This document shows, one piece after another, positions 40,845-51,289 of a DNA stretch of 64,000 bases (its first letter is position 1; the number at the start of each line of letters is the position of its first letter). This stretch comes from a virus (Duplodnaviria > Caudoviricetes): IMG/VR virus record IMGVR_UViG_2906626472_000001, positions 1 to 64,000 of that record; one strand, given 5' to 3'. The notes under the pieces are model-generated. The model was not told the origin of the DNA, ran no database searches, and saw nothing but the letters and a program-made list of their open reading frames with translations. A program made the position numbers and the translations under genes.

Positions 40845-42093
40845 TGCAGCAAGTCGGCAGCTATCTGGAGTACAGCGGCCGTGGCGCCAACGCATTCGGG
40901 AAGGCAGCCATTGACCGATCTCCGACATAGGCCGACCTGTTTTCCAAGATTATCTTGCAATCCCCCAATTGCGTCGCGGTAGGAGCTAGTGCACGTGGAC
41001 AATGCACAATCCAGATTAACCACGCTTTCCCATGTCTTCATCCAGTCAGAATCAGAGAAAGCAGCTTCCCATGCATCCTAGCGTCTCGCCCGGCCTTAAG
41101 CGGGTTCAAGATTACATCCGAGAACAGACGAGTCAAACGACAGCGACTTTTTCAGCATTCGAAGCCGCCGTCACTCGCGCTCATGAACTTTACGACTCCA
41201 TGCCGGCAGAGCTGCGCCTTCGCATTTTTAAAAATATGCATCCGGCGAATTACGGCGATGATATTCGAACTTCATTGTTTGGAATCATTGATGAAGAAGT
41301 GTCACTTCTTGACGCAATCGGAGTGACCTACGGCCATAAACTCCGCGAATTAGTAACGGGGGTTTGGGAAGGATTTAGTCCCCAGCATTTTAGAAGCGCT
41401 GTTCTTTCGTGTCGGACCTTGTACGAAGAGGCAGCAGCGGCGAAGTATTACGGCGATCAGGCCGAATCCGCAATAAAGCACCTACTCTCGACGCCGCCGT
41501 CGGCATATCGATTAGAACGCATGAAAAAATTGAGGGCGACTAATACAGAACGGCTCAAAGTTCTTCTCAATGATACGTCGTCTCCAGCCAAGATACTCAA
41601 AACATGGTACGCAGTGCGAAAAATCGACTGGCAAAAACCAGATTACTTTAACGATCACAAGCTCGACAAAAAAGATCCGCTGTATCCCGGTTTTTTCCTA
41701 TCTGCATTCAAGACACTCAAATGGCAGCATGAAATCCCGGCCGAATACTTTTATGCCCTCCTCTGCGAAGCCACGCATCCGAACATGTTATCGAACACGT
41801 TATATGTCGATGACGCCTCCCAAACCGATAGCGAGCAACTGGTCTATTTAATTCGCAAGATGCCTGTGACGATCGAGCCGTACGTAACACTGTATAGTTT
41901 CGTCTCTGTCCCGACAGTCGAGTGCGTCAAGATCATTGATCAATACATTCAGAAAATAGCCTCCCTTCGATCGGACCTAGCCCAATATGTGCAGAAGGCG
42001 CGGCGAGTTACTGCGTAAGATGTCTCAGTTTGGCCTAGGGCTGCCGAAATGTGGTGCTGCAGCAATCCGGCAGCTATCTGGAGTACACCGGCC
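40845..42093 (+). repeat. 36-bp imperfect direct repeats (40845-40880 and 42058-42093) flanking a low-GC gene
   Basis: TGCAGCAAgtCGGCAGCTATCTGGAGTACAgCGGCC vs TGCAGCAAtcCGGCAGCTATCTGGAGTACAcCGGCC (33/36). Confidence 0.8.
41032..42018 (+). CDS. Low-GC moron gene, helical protein, possibly HEPN/DUF5677-like
   Basis: AT-richer codons and opposite strand to the arm; CRTLYE...YALLCEATHPN pattern. Confidence 0.6.
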   Translation: MSSSSQNQRKQLPMHPSVSPGLKRVQDYIREQTSQTTATFSAFEAAVTRAHELYDSMPAELRLRIFKNMHPANYGDDIRTSLFGIIDEEVSLLDAIGVTYGHKLRELVTGVWEGFSPQHFRSAVLSCRTLYEEAAAAKYYGDQAESAIKHLLSTPPSAYRLERMKKLRATNTERLKVLLNDTSSPAKILKTWYAVRKIDWQKPDYFNDHKLDKKDPLYPGFFLSAFKTLKWQHEIPAEYFYALLCEATHPNMLSNTLYVDDASQTDSEQLVYLIRKMPVTIEPYVTLYSFVSVPTVECVKIIDQYIQKIASLRSDLAQYVQKARRVTA

Positions 42094-42964
42094 ATCAAAT
42101 CAACGTAGCGTCACCGCAGCCCGTGGCCCTGCGGTCCATCCAAGGCAGACTGCCCCGGTCCATGGTCAGGCAGCTTTCATGTTGTCGTTGCAGGCTGGGC
42201 GGATCGCATCCCGGCTCATGGCCAGGAGGTGAATGTCCATCGTGAGCTGCTCGGTCCAGGTGTAGCCGGTGACGCTGCGATGACGATGCGGGAAGGTGAC
42301 CCGGTCGACAACCAGGGTGGTGAAGGGCAGGCGATAGCCCGGTGCTGTTCCGATGGCGAACATCAGATGTTCCTCAGTTTCTGGCGTTGTGTGGTGCTCA
42401 GCTGCAGCAGCAGCCCGGCCAGCTCGAAGCCCTCGGTGTCGCCGGTTTCGAGCGCATACTCGGCGGCGCAGGTGACGTGCTTGTTCCGGACGTTGCCGTC
42501 ATCGAGCACGAGATGAAGCGAGCCCCAGCTCGGGTTCGCGGCCTTGTAGGCACGGAACCTTTCGATCACAGCGGGCAGGGACAGGGTGTTGTTGGGTTGC
42601 ATCTCGACTCCTCGCTTGCATTATAGGCTGCAAATTCTTGCATTCAAGCAAATACTATGACACACCAAAGCGCCGCCGAGATCAGGACAGCAGTCCCGAG
42701 GGTCTTGGCGCTGATGAACTCACTCGGCGGAGCTTGGAGCATTGGTGGTCACCCTTCTGATCGTGTTGGTGGAGAAGATCAGGCAAAGCCTACGGCTTCG
42801 CCGGACTTCATGAGGATCGCGACGAAGCCGAGATCCCAGGAGCGATCGGGATTGCGCTGCCGCCTGCGCTTCACCCGGAAGGTGTCGGCGCGGTCTTCGT
42901 CGACGGCTTTCCTGGCAGCGCTCAGGGCGGACCGTTCGGAGATGTAGAGGTTGTCGTCCATGGC

Positions 42965-43366
42965 TCACTTCCTCTTCATGAACCCGACTTTGACCATCGT
43001 GGCCCCGTACTTCTTGCAGAAGTAGCGTTCGCCCTTCTTGATCTCGCCCATCAGTTCTTCGAGATCGGCGCGGACAAACCGGGTCACCTCGGGGATCAGC
43101 TTGGTGCGGTCGTACTCGATGCCGATGATCACGAAGATGGCGTTCATGGTCGCAGGGCCGTAGGTGTCGAAGTCGGCACCGACCTGGTCGGCCGCCTTCT
43201 GGGCGCTGCCGTCGATGAACTCGTACTGGTCACCGCACTTGTTGATGACCGTGTAGGAGATGGTGGCGAGAGCGATGAACTCCCGGTTGACATTCTCGGC
43301 CGCAGCCGGCGTGAATTGAGCAAGCACCAGCGTTACCGCCAGCGCTGCAAGAGCGCGCAGTTTCAT
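42965..43366 (-). CDS. Secreted hypothetical protein
   Basis: Signal peptide MKLRALAALAVTLVLAQFTPAAA. Confidence 0.65.
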   Translation of the reverse strand: MKLRALAALAVTLVLAQFTPAAAENVNREFIALATISYTVINKCGDQYEFIDGSAQKAADQVGADFDTYGPATMNAIFVIIGIEYDRTKLIPEVTRFVRADLEELMGEIKKGERYFCKKYGATMVKVGFMKRK

Positions 43367-44439
43367 TTCATAGTCCTTCGATGTTGGGTTAGATTGGGTC
43401 GCGGTCGTCGTTCACGACCTTGATCTTAAAGTGCTGCGAGATGCGGCCAGTCCCCTGGCTCGCTTCGACGATGCCGTGGCTGGCACGGTCGATGGAGAAA
43501 CCCTTCTCGCGAAGGGCGTCCTGAACGATCTGTTGAATGTCGCGGGTGGAATAGAGCTTCACAGGTCATAGCTCCTTTCGCCTGCGATATCGCGGGCAAT
43601 GGCGACATGCAGCTCGTCGATCTCCGTCGAGCTGTAGGACTTGTTCATCCAGGCAATCGCCTCGCTGTGGGTCTTGGCTTCGAAGACGTCTTTCTCGCCC
43701 TGGTAGCCGGCGTTCTGGACCACCACGTAAACCGGAACTCGAGCCCGGGCGTCAGCAAACTTCAGCAGCACCTGGTCCAGGTTGTCACGCAGATTGCGAG
43801 CCTGGAGATAGCTCATGGTGTAATAGGCACCGCCGCCACGCGGCCCGATCAGCGCGAGGTTGATCCGATCTTCGTTGGTGTAGTCGAGCGTGATCGGCGA
43901 ATAGAAGCACGAGACATGTTCCCTCATGACCCGATCACCTCGTGCTCGCTGATCTCGACGCGGGGCATCGAGTTGAAGTGGTCGACGTACGCCACCTTGG
44001 CGTCTTCCAGCTCCTCTTCCCAGTTGTCGACCGTCACCTCGATCTTCTCATCGTCGATGAGGTCGTTGAGGATGATGTTGACCAGCGCGACGGCTTCAAG
44101 GTCGGCCAGGGTCTTGGAGGCGCAGACCTTGACGATGATGCCGGGCACGCTGTGGTGCTCGCCTTCAACTATCCAGACCTTCATCGTCTTCCTCCTCGTC
44201 TTCGTCGTCCTCGGCCTCGACCGGCTGGAGTTGATCGAACGTCCACTCGGCGCCGTTCTCGTCCAGGAAGATCATCTTGCCGTCCTTGGTCGCCGTGACC
44301 TGGTCGTCATAGAAAATCTCGGTGCCGCCCTGGTAGACAGGCTCGCCGTTATCGTCGATGCCCATGATCTCGGCGCGGCCGGTCAGCTTCTCCAGCGTGC
44401 CCAGTATGGGCGAGCCGGTGGGTGAGACGTATTCCTTCA

Positions 44440-45051
44440 TCACGGAGTCTCCGGTTTGGTGATCTCTTTGTCGGTCGCGAGGTCGATGACGATGCCGAAC
44501 GTGCCCGCCTTGTGGCGAGCGTTGTAGCTGGTGTCGTCGATCAGGAACCATTTCTCGGCGCCGTCGCTCTGGCGGCGAGCCACTACGCCGACCTTGCCTT
44601 TCGGCACCCACTTCGCCCAATCGCCCCATGCAGATGCCAGGACGAATTTGGTAGCGTTCTCGTCTCGCCACCGTGCCTCATCCCTCGTGCGGGACTCGCC
44701 TGGCTTGAGCGTGACGCCGAAAAACTGCTCGTATTGGTCGGGGTACCAGCCGCGGAAGGAGTCGAGTGCATACTCGTACTCGGTCTTGTCGGGCCTGCCT
44801 TCGATCGTCACCACCCGCTGGAATGCTTCCTTGTGGACCATGGCGGCGATCGACCACTGGCAGTCTTCCTCGTACCATCCACCAGCCGAGCGCATGTATT
44901 CTGGGACGGCGGCATTGCGCTCGCGGGACAGCTTGATTCCGCCGTGGCCCGCGGTCGAAACCTGCCAGATGCCAGGCGCCAGCTCTCGCTTGTCCTGGAT
45001 GGCGCCCCAGGGCGACGACTTGGGGCATTCGCTTCGCTTGTACTCGCTCAT
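44440..45051 (-). CDS. Conserved phage/plasmid hypothetical protein (DUF7007-like)
   Basis: SPWGAIQ...VSTAGHGG...WYEEDCQW. Confidence 0.65.
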   Translation of the reverse strand: MSEYKRSECPKSSPWGAIQDKRELAPGIWQVSTAGHGGIKLSRERNAAVPEYMRSAGGWYEEDCQWSIAAMVHKEAFQRVVTIEGRPDKTEYEYALDSFRGWYPDQYEQFFGVTLKPGESRTRDEARWRDENATKFVLASAWGDWAKWVPKGKVGVVARRQSDGAEKWFLIDDTSYNARHKAGTFGIVIDLATDKEITKPETP

Positions 45052-45316
45052 TCGATCACCAGAAGATGGGTTTCAAGGGACTCGTTGTGGGCTCCGAGCA
45101 CCTCCGCCCAGTCCTCGATCACGCCGACCAGCGCATCGACCAGATGCGTGGGGACGTAGACCGTGGCGGGGTAGGTCTCGACCGCCTCCATTGTCTCCAG
45201 CAGGAAGTCGATCGCCTCGAAGCGGACCTCGTGCGTCACGTCGTCAGGATGGTTTTCGAGCCACACAGCGAGGTCGGACAGCTCTTCCTCGTTGGCGGCG
45301 ACCAATCGGCCGGACC

Positions 45317-45931
45317 TCATTTCATCGGGCCGAAATCTAGGAGTTCCAGCTCTTCGCCGAGTGCCTTGACGAACTCGGCCGGCTTCTCCTTCGCCTCGAA
45401 GGCGCGCTGCACTTCGTCGGGGTGATCGCTGATCAGATCGGCGTAGCACCACTGCTCCTCCGCCTCATCGCGGCAGTCCTTGATGAACTGGTCGCGCTCG
45501 CGGGTTGAAGGCGGGTACTTGCTGACGAACGCTTTGCAGCGGGCGCGGGCAGCCTGATACAGGCTGCGGAGGTCTTCCGGACGAGCGACAACCGGATTGA
45601 CGTCTTCGCCGTCGCCGAAGTTGAGGCAGTAGATCATGAACTCCGGCACGAACTCGAAGTCCCAGCAGATCATGCCATCGCGATCGGCCTCGGGCATGAT
45701 GGCCCAGACGCTCTCGATGATCGGTGCCATCTGCCACGCAGCCCAGCGCATGCCGCGGGCGCCGTAGTCCTCGCAGTATTGCGCCATCTGCTGCTCGGCT
45801 TCCTTGTACGGATGGTCGTCGGGCAGCGTCGTGCCGACGATGAGCCGGGTGTCTTCGAGCACCGCGTAGGCAGCCATCGCGGTCTCGATGATGAGGTAGT
45901 TGGTCTTGATGATCTCAGGCGTCTTGCCCAT
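45317..45931 (-). CDS. Hypothetical protein
   Basis: 204 aa with phage codon usage and an RBS. Confidence 0.6.
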   Translation of the reverse strand: MGKTPEIIKTNYLIIETAMAAYAVLEDTRLIVGTTLPDDHPYKEAEQQMAQYCEDYGARGMRWAAWQMAPIIESVWAIMPEADRDGMICWDFEFVPEFMIYCLNFGDGEDVNPVVARPEDLRSLYQAARARCKAFVSKYPPSTRERDQFIKDCRDEAEEQWCYADLISDHPDEVQRAFEAKEKPAEFVKALGEELELLDFGPMK

Positions 45932-48900
45932 GGTTCAGTTCCTGCTTGCTGTTGCGGCGAAAGCGGCGGCGCATCTTTGCGCTGACACGCGCCTTCGCCC
46001 GCTTCGATCGGTTGCTGCTGTAGGTTTCGGATGGGTAAACGTCCGCATCATCCTGCTCCCTGCGCTTCGCGGACAATTCCGCGTAGCTCGAAGAAAATTT
46101 CATTGCGGGCCGGGTCATCCGGGCCGACGTTTTCGATGAACCACCATGCTAGGAAGAGCGCCCGCTCCTTGGCGAACGGGTTCGGTGTCATGGACGGCGC
46201 GAGATGGGTTTCGTCGTACAGGGCCGCAGCCTGCCGGAACTGGGCATGTGTTTTCTTCAGTGCCATCGGCTTTGCTCCGGCTTCGTTTCAGTCAGATCGG
46301 CATCGCTGATCCAGATGAAGCGGTAGACCTTGTCGTGATCGAACAGCGCTTCGGTCTTGCTCAGCAGCTCGACGTCGCGCCAATGCACGGCGTAGCTGTC
46401 TCCCCAGCCCGTGCGCTGCCGCTCAACCGGGGTCCCGCGCTTGACAGCCAGACGATGGATGTCCTGGTAGGTGATGATCAGGTCGCGGCTGACGTACTTC
46501 CATTGCGGCGGTACCTTGTTCATGGGCGTGCTCACTTGGCGTCTGAGCAGATCAGGTGCGCGGCCTTTTCGAGCGTCTTGGCGTCGACGTCCCAAGCCTT
46601 TGCGCTCGTGCCGTCCTGCCAGTTGTGGCGCAGGTGCTCGGCCTTCTCCGAGCAGATCAACGAAAGCCCGGTGACGACATGCGTAAGGCCGTGACGATCG
46701 ATCAGGCCTTCCAAGATGGCGGTGACGTTCTCCATGTCAGTCCTCCAGAGAGTCGAGATAGGCCTGACCAGCAGGCGTGAGGTACAGCTCGCCCAGGATG
46801 AAGACGGCGAAGCCGGCGAGCACAGCGCTCCAGACCGGGCCGAGGATGGCCAAGGCCTCATATGTGAGGGATTGCAGCGCGAGCATTGCATTTGCTTTCA
46901 AGCAAGGCTCAAGGCACACCTCGGGCGCGAAGTGGAAGAGGTTAGGCATTCAGCCCTGCGTATTTGCTCAGATCATCCCAGTCAGCGTCCCAGACGGGAC
47001 GCGGTGTGCTGCCAGGCTCGGTCACGGTGACGCGCTTCACACGGTCGTTAAAGCAGATGCGGTTGCGGTAGAAGTCCCGCGCCTCGCTGAACGATTTGAA
47101 CGGATGCCGGTCGGCCGAGCCGTTCGTGAAGCGAATGATTACGGTGTGCATGCCTCGTCACCTGTTGAATTGCACCAGCGGATTGGTTTGCCCGCCGCTG
47201 GTCGGGCTGTGCGTCCGGTCGCTCGCGGCTTCACCGGTCCAAAAAGTCGTCAGTCGTTCTGCAGCTGGTTGAAACGTGGGGGTCGCTTACTTCATGGCCG
47301 ATCTCCATCGTCGTTGCTCAAACTCGGCACCCTCGCCTTGCGCTTCTTGTTGGGCACAACGCGGGGCTTGTATTTCGGCGTCCGCAGATCACGAGCGATC
47401 GGCGAGCGCCTGACCGTCTTGCGTTTCTTCATGGTCTGCGGCTCGATGAATTGGGGATGGCCGGATAGCGCCGGCCTCGCCACTGCGTTTGGGTCGCAGC
47501 AACCAAATACGCTGCCCATTTCTCCGGGCTCGCGAACTTCACAGTCCTGTCATGGGTGGCCATCCTCGCCAGGCGCGGGCCAGGGCGCCGAAGCTAGGCC
47601 GTTTGATGAGTGGCCCTGCGGATTTCCCCTGCCTTCGTGTGCGGACCGCTTTACCGCACACCTTGGGGTCTCGTTGCCACCTTGCCGCGCCCGTTGCAGG
47701 CGGAGCATGGTGGTGATCCGTCGTTGTCGTAGTAGCCGGAGCCGTTACACGCGCTGCATTTCACCAGCTTCCAGCCCTTCACGTTTTGCTCGAAGTGCTG
47801 GCGTCGCAGCGCCTTGCGCTCGTGGTAGTCCATGCTCGATCTCCCAGCGATTGGTCCGCCAGTACAGATCGGACTCGGACCAGAGACGGTCGCTAACCCG
47901 CACGCGGGCCAGCATCTCTTCGTGCTCCCTGCTCATCGCTCCAGCTCCGCCAGCTCGACTTCGAGCGGGTGATAGTCCTCGAACCTGGTGTTGGCCCAGC
48001 CGCCGCGGGACAGGTCCGACAGGACGCGGATGATCGCCAGCCGGCGCCGCCTGCGCTGCTTTGCACTCATCACAGCCGCCAATGGTTCATGCGGGCGCGG
48101 ATGTCCTCGCGCTCGTTGCTGTTGGCCGGAAGCGGTGAGGGTCGCTCCGCTCCGGCAAACTCGGCGCCGGCAACGAACGCCGCACGCATGGCGCGGTGCT
48201 CGACCGTATCCAGGTTCCAGCGGCGGGCCGCCGCTTCCTCGGCCTCGGACAGGAGGATGCTCATGCTCGCCCCATCTCGCACCAGGGCAGATCGAGAGCG
48301 TGGACCATGTACGCCGAGGTGAAGGCGACGAAGGCGTCGAACTCCATGCAGCGCATGGCCTGCGCCCGGTTGACGACGTAGTGCCGGCCGCCGTCGTCCT
48401 TGAACTCGAAGGCGTCCATGCCGCTCTCGCAGAATGTCCGCGTCGTCCTGGCCGCCCGGTGCTGGCTCTCGATGATGGCCGGATCGCTCTGGAAGGGATC
48501 GGCCGGGTGGAATGGAAGTGACGTCAACATCAGCGCCTCCCGACGTGCAGGGTGGTGGTTTCAGGGGTGAGGATCGAGCGAATGCCGTTGACCAGCTCGG
48601 TGTCGTCGCAGCCGTTGGCGATCAGCTTCTCGGCATGGGCGTAGACTCGAGGGATCGAGGTCATGGGGATCAGGATGCCGGTCACGGCGCGCTGGATCCG
48701 AGCGGCGTCGGCCGCCTGCTGTTTCTTGGTGCGCTTCACGGCTCAAGCCTCGACGAAGGCCCAGCCGCGGGGGACGCGGGGAGCGGGCGGTTGGAGGCGA
48801 GCGAACACGGCGCGGTAGTTGCCGCCATCGTTCAGGACGTGGGCGGCTTCACGGGCGATGCGGAGCGAGCGCATGCAGACCTGTGCGACTGAGCCGTCCT

Positions 48901-50602
48901 TGGTGACGACGGTCAGGGTGGGTTGAGGACGTGGGACGAGTCTGGTCACGAACGTTGCTCCTTGAGCGGTGGGGAAGGCATTTGCACGAATGCTAAAGCA
49001 AATGCAAGAGCAAATTCGCCCTAACAAAGCCAAACTTTCATGCGAAAAGATGAGGGTCCGGAAGGCGCTCAGCGCCCGCCCGGAAATTCGAGAATATTTC
49101 CCGAATAAATGGGCCGCCGACGAATTTCGGACCGCCCCGGGGTATTTTCGAAGGCCGCCTCTAGGGCCTCGATCGTGGCTTGGATCACCTGGTCCTGGAC
49201 ACGGGGAGAGAGGACCACGGAGCCGGCTTCCATCAGGATCGCCGACTGGCTCGGGGTCCGATTGGTGCGGGTAGAGTACGCACAGAACAGAGCGCGCAGA
49301 CGCTCACGCATTGGGTTCCTCCATGCGGTTCAGTTTCACGTTTCAGCTGGAAATCACGGGATATCGGGGCCGCCGCCATTCGCGGGCCGCCGGACCTCCA
49401 CCACCTCAAGCAAGAGGCACAGGAGGAGGAGCAGCAGGGACAGGAGACACAGCCAGTAGGGATGGCTCAGGGGAGGGTGCAGACACACGAGGAGTCCACA
49501 CCGGCCTGTTTCTGGCACTCACCAGCACGCAAACACACGGATTTCGAGCGTAGACACGTACGGGCCGTCGTCTCGAAACTTCGCTCGCCATAAAAGAGCG
49601 GATTAATTTTCACGTCGAAATGGGACAAACGGCCCCCTCGGACACAAGATATAGTGCCCGAGGGGGCCAAAATGATCACGAAAGCGGGGTCCAGACCCTG
49701 TTTTGGAGGGGTCACCTACCAGATCTTGTTATCTGGTCAGCTGCGCTATGTGCGCCTCCAGCCCTGAGGCTGCGACTTTGCCTGCCAGTGTCCAGCCGGC
49801 GTATGCAAATGCACACAGGAAGGCAAATGCGACGGGGACGGGGATGACGAGTGCGGAGAGTCTTCTCATGGGATTTCCTTTCAGGGGTTTTGGTCAGGGA
49901 CCGCCAGTGCGCCGGGACGTCGACGGGGCGCACGCCGCCAATTCGGGGTTAGCGAGCGCGGATCTGGAGCGCGGCATCGAGCGGAGGGGTGGCGCGCATC
50001 CGGGCGCCGGTCAGCACGGCGTCTTCCAGATCGTCGGTGTAGTAGGCGGAGGGCTCAGCCTTGGAGTAGGGCAGCTCGGCGAAGGCGACGCGGAACTCGC
50101 GGTCACGGCGAGTGAGGCGCATGCCGGACAAAGCGAGGCGCTGACGGGCTTCGGTGATGGTGAACATGGGACGGATTCCTGGCGTGTGGTGAATCGGTGT
50201 TGCGGGGATGGGGTGGAGGCGTGCTCAGCCGGCCATGATGCGGCCGACGATCGGCGAGTGGCCGGAGCGCAGGAGGCGATTGGGGCGCGGGTAGACGATG
50301 GGCGCGAACCACTCAGCCGGCTTCTTGCGGATGAGCGGGCGCACGGGTGGCGTGGCCTCGACCGGCTCATGTCCGAGCATGGTGCGGACCTGCCGCACGG
50401 TGGCTTTGGTGACGAGCGTACGCCCGGTGCGGACGCACACGAGGCGTGCGTTGGCTGGCGAGGTCTCGATCTGGCGGAGCGTGGCGCGGGACAGCACGAA
50501 CTCAAGGCGCTGGCCGGAGCTGTCGCGTGGGGTGACCCATGACCCGTCGTGTTGGGTCTGGAGGTAGCCGATGGGTGGTCTCATGGCGTGTGGTCCAAAT
50601 AG

Positions 50603-50637
50603 AAACCCCGCCCGGAGACGGACTCCGAGCGGGGGTT
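50603..50637 (-). terminator. Intrinsic terminator after the 50666..51286 gene
   Basis: Minus strand AACCCCCGCTCGGAG-TCCGT-CTCCGGGCGGGGTT followed by TCTATTT. Confidence 0.6.
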
Positions 50638-50665
50638 GAGGAGGGACGGCAGTGGTGGGGTGGGG

Positions 50666-51286
50666 TTACGCGGCCTGCGCAACCGGGGCGGACGCTGCCG
50701 GAGCGGTGGCGGGGGTTGCCTTGGCTTCCTTCGGAGCCTTGGCGCCGCGCGCAGCGGTGGCGTTCTGCTTCTGGCGCTCGACCGCGGTCTCGTCGCCTTC
50801 CGGGCGAATGGCGAGGAGCTTGGCGATCATGCTGGTATGGTCGCGGCCGGTCTCCTTGTGGTCGCGTTCCATCTTCTTGACGAGCGAGTCGATGGACTTG
50901 GCGATGTCCATGGGCACGTAGTCCGCCTCCGGCTTGAAGGCGTAGAACGGCTTGGCCATGGCGTCGCCCAGCTTGACCGGGTTGGCGCCATTGAACTTGA
51001 TGTCGCCACCTTCCGCGAACGTGACGGGACCGAAAAATTCGAACCACGCCTTGACGGCATTCTTGCGCGTCATGTCGGGCAGCGACGAAAGCAGTTCCGT
51101 CACGAGGCGGATGTCGGAATGCTTGCCGACATGGGCGAGCACGGAGCAGCAAGCGACATGGATGTCGCGTTGCAGGGTCGCACCTCGAGTCTTGATCGAA
51201 GCGAGCGCCTTCTTGATGGCGGTTTCGCCGTCAATGAGCTTGATGACGGACGGAGTAGCAGCCTTAACGGTCGTGGTCTTGGACAT
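50666..51286 (-). CDS. First gene of the left arm; hypothetical protein ending APVAQAA
   Basis: AGGAG RBS before MSKTTTVK; strongly biased codons. Confidence 0.75.
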   Translation of the reverse strand: MSKTTTVKAATPSVIKLIDGETAIKKALASIKTRGATLQRDIHVACCSVLAHVGKHSDIRLVTELLSSLPDMTRKNAVKAWFEFFGPVTFAEGGDIKFNGANPVKLGDAMAKPFYAFKPEADYVPMDIAKSIDSLVKKMERDHKETGRDHTSMIAKLLAIRPEGDETAVERQKQNATAARGAKAPKEAKATPATAPAASAPVAQAA

Positions 51287-51289
51287 AGT

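Larger units (their letters stand above)
42166..50584 (-). other. Cluster of more than 25 small minus-strand hypothetical ORFs (probable early/host-takeover genes)
   Basis: Dense, translationally coupled 60-200 aa ORFs, e.g. 42363..42602, 43559..43927, 43924..44184, 48530..48739, 49949..50167, 50225..50584. Confidence 0.65.
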
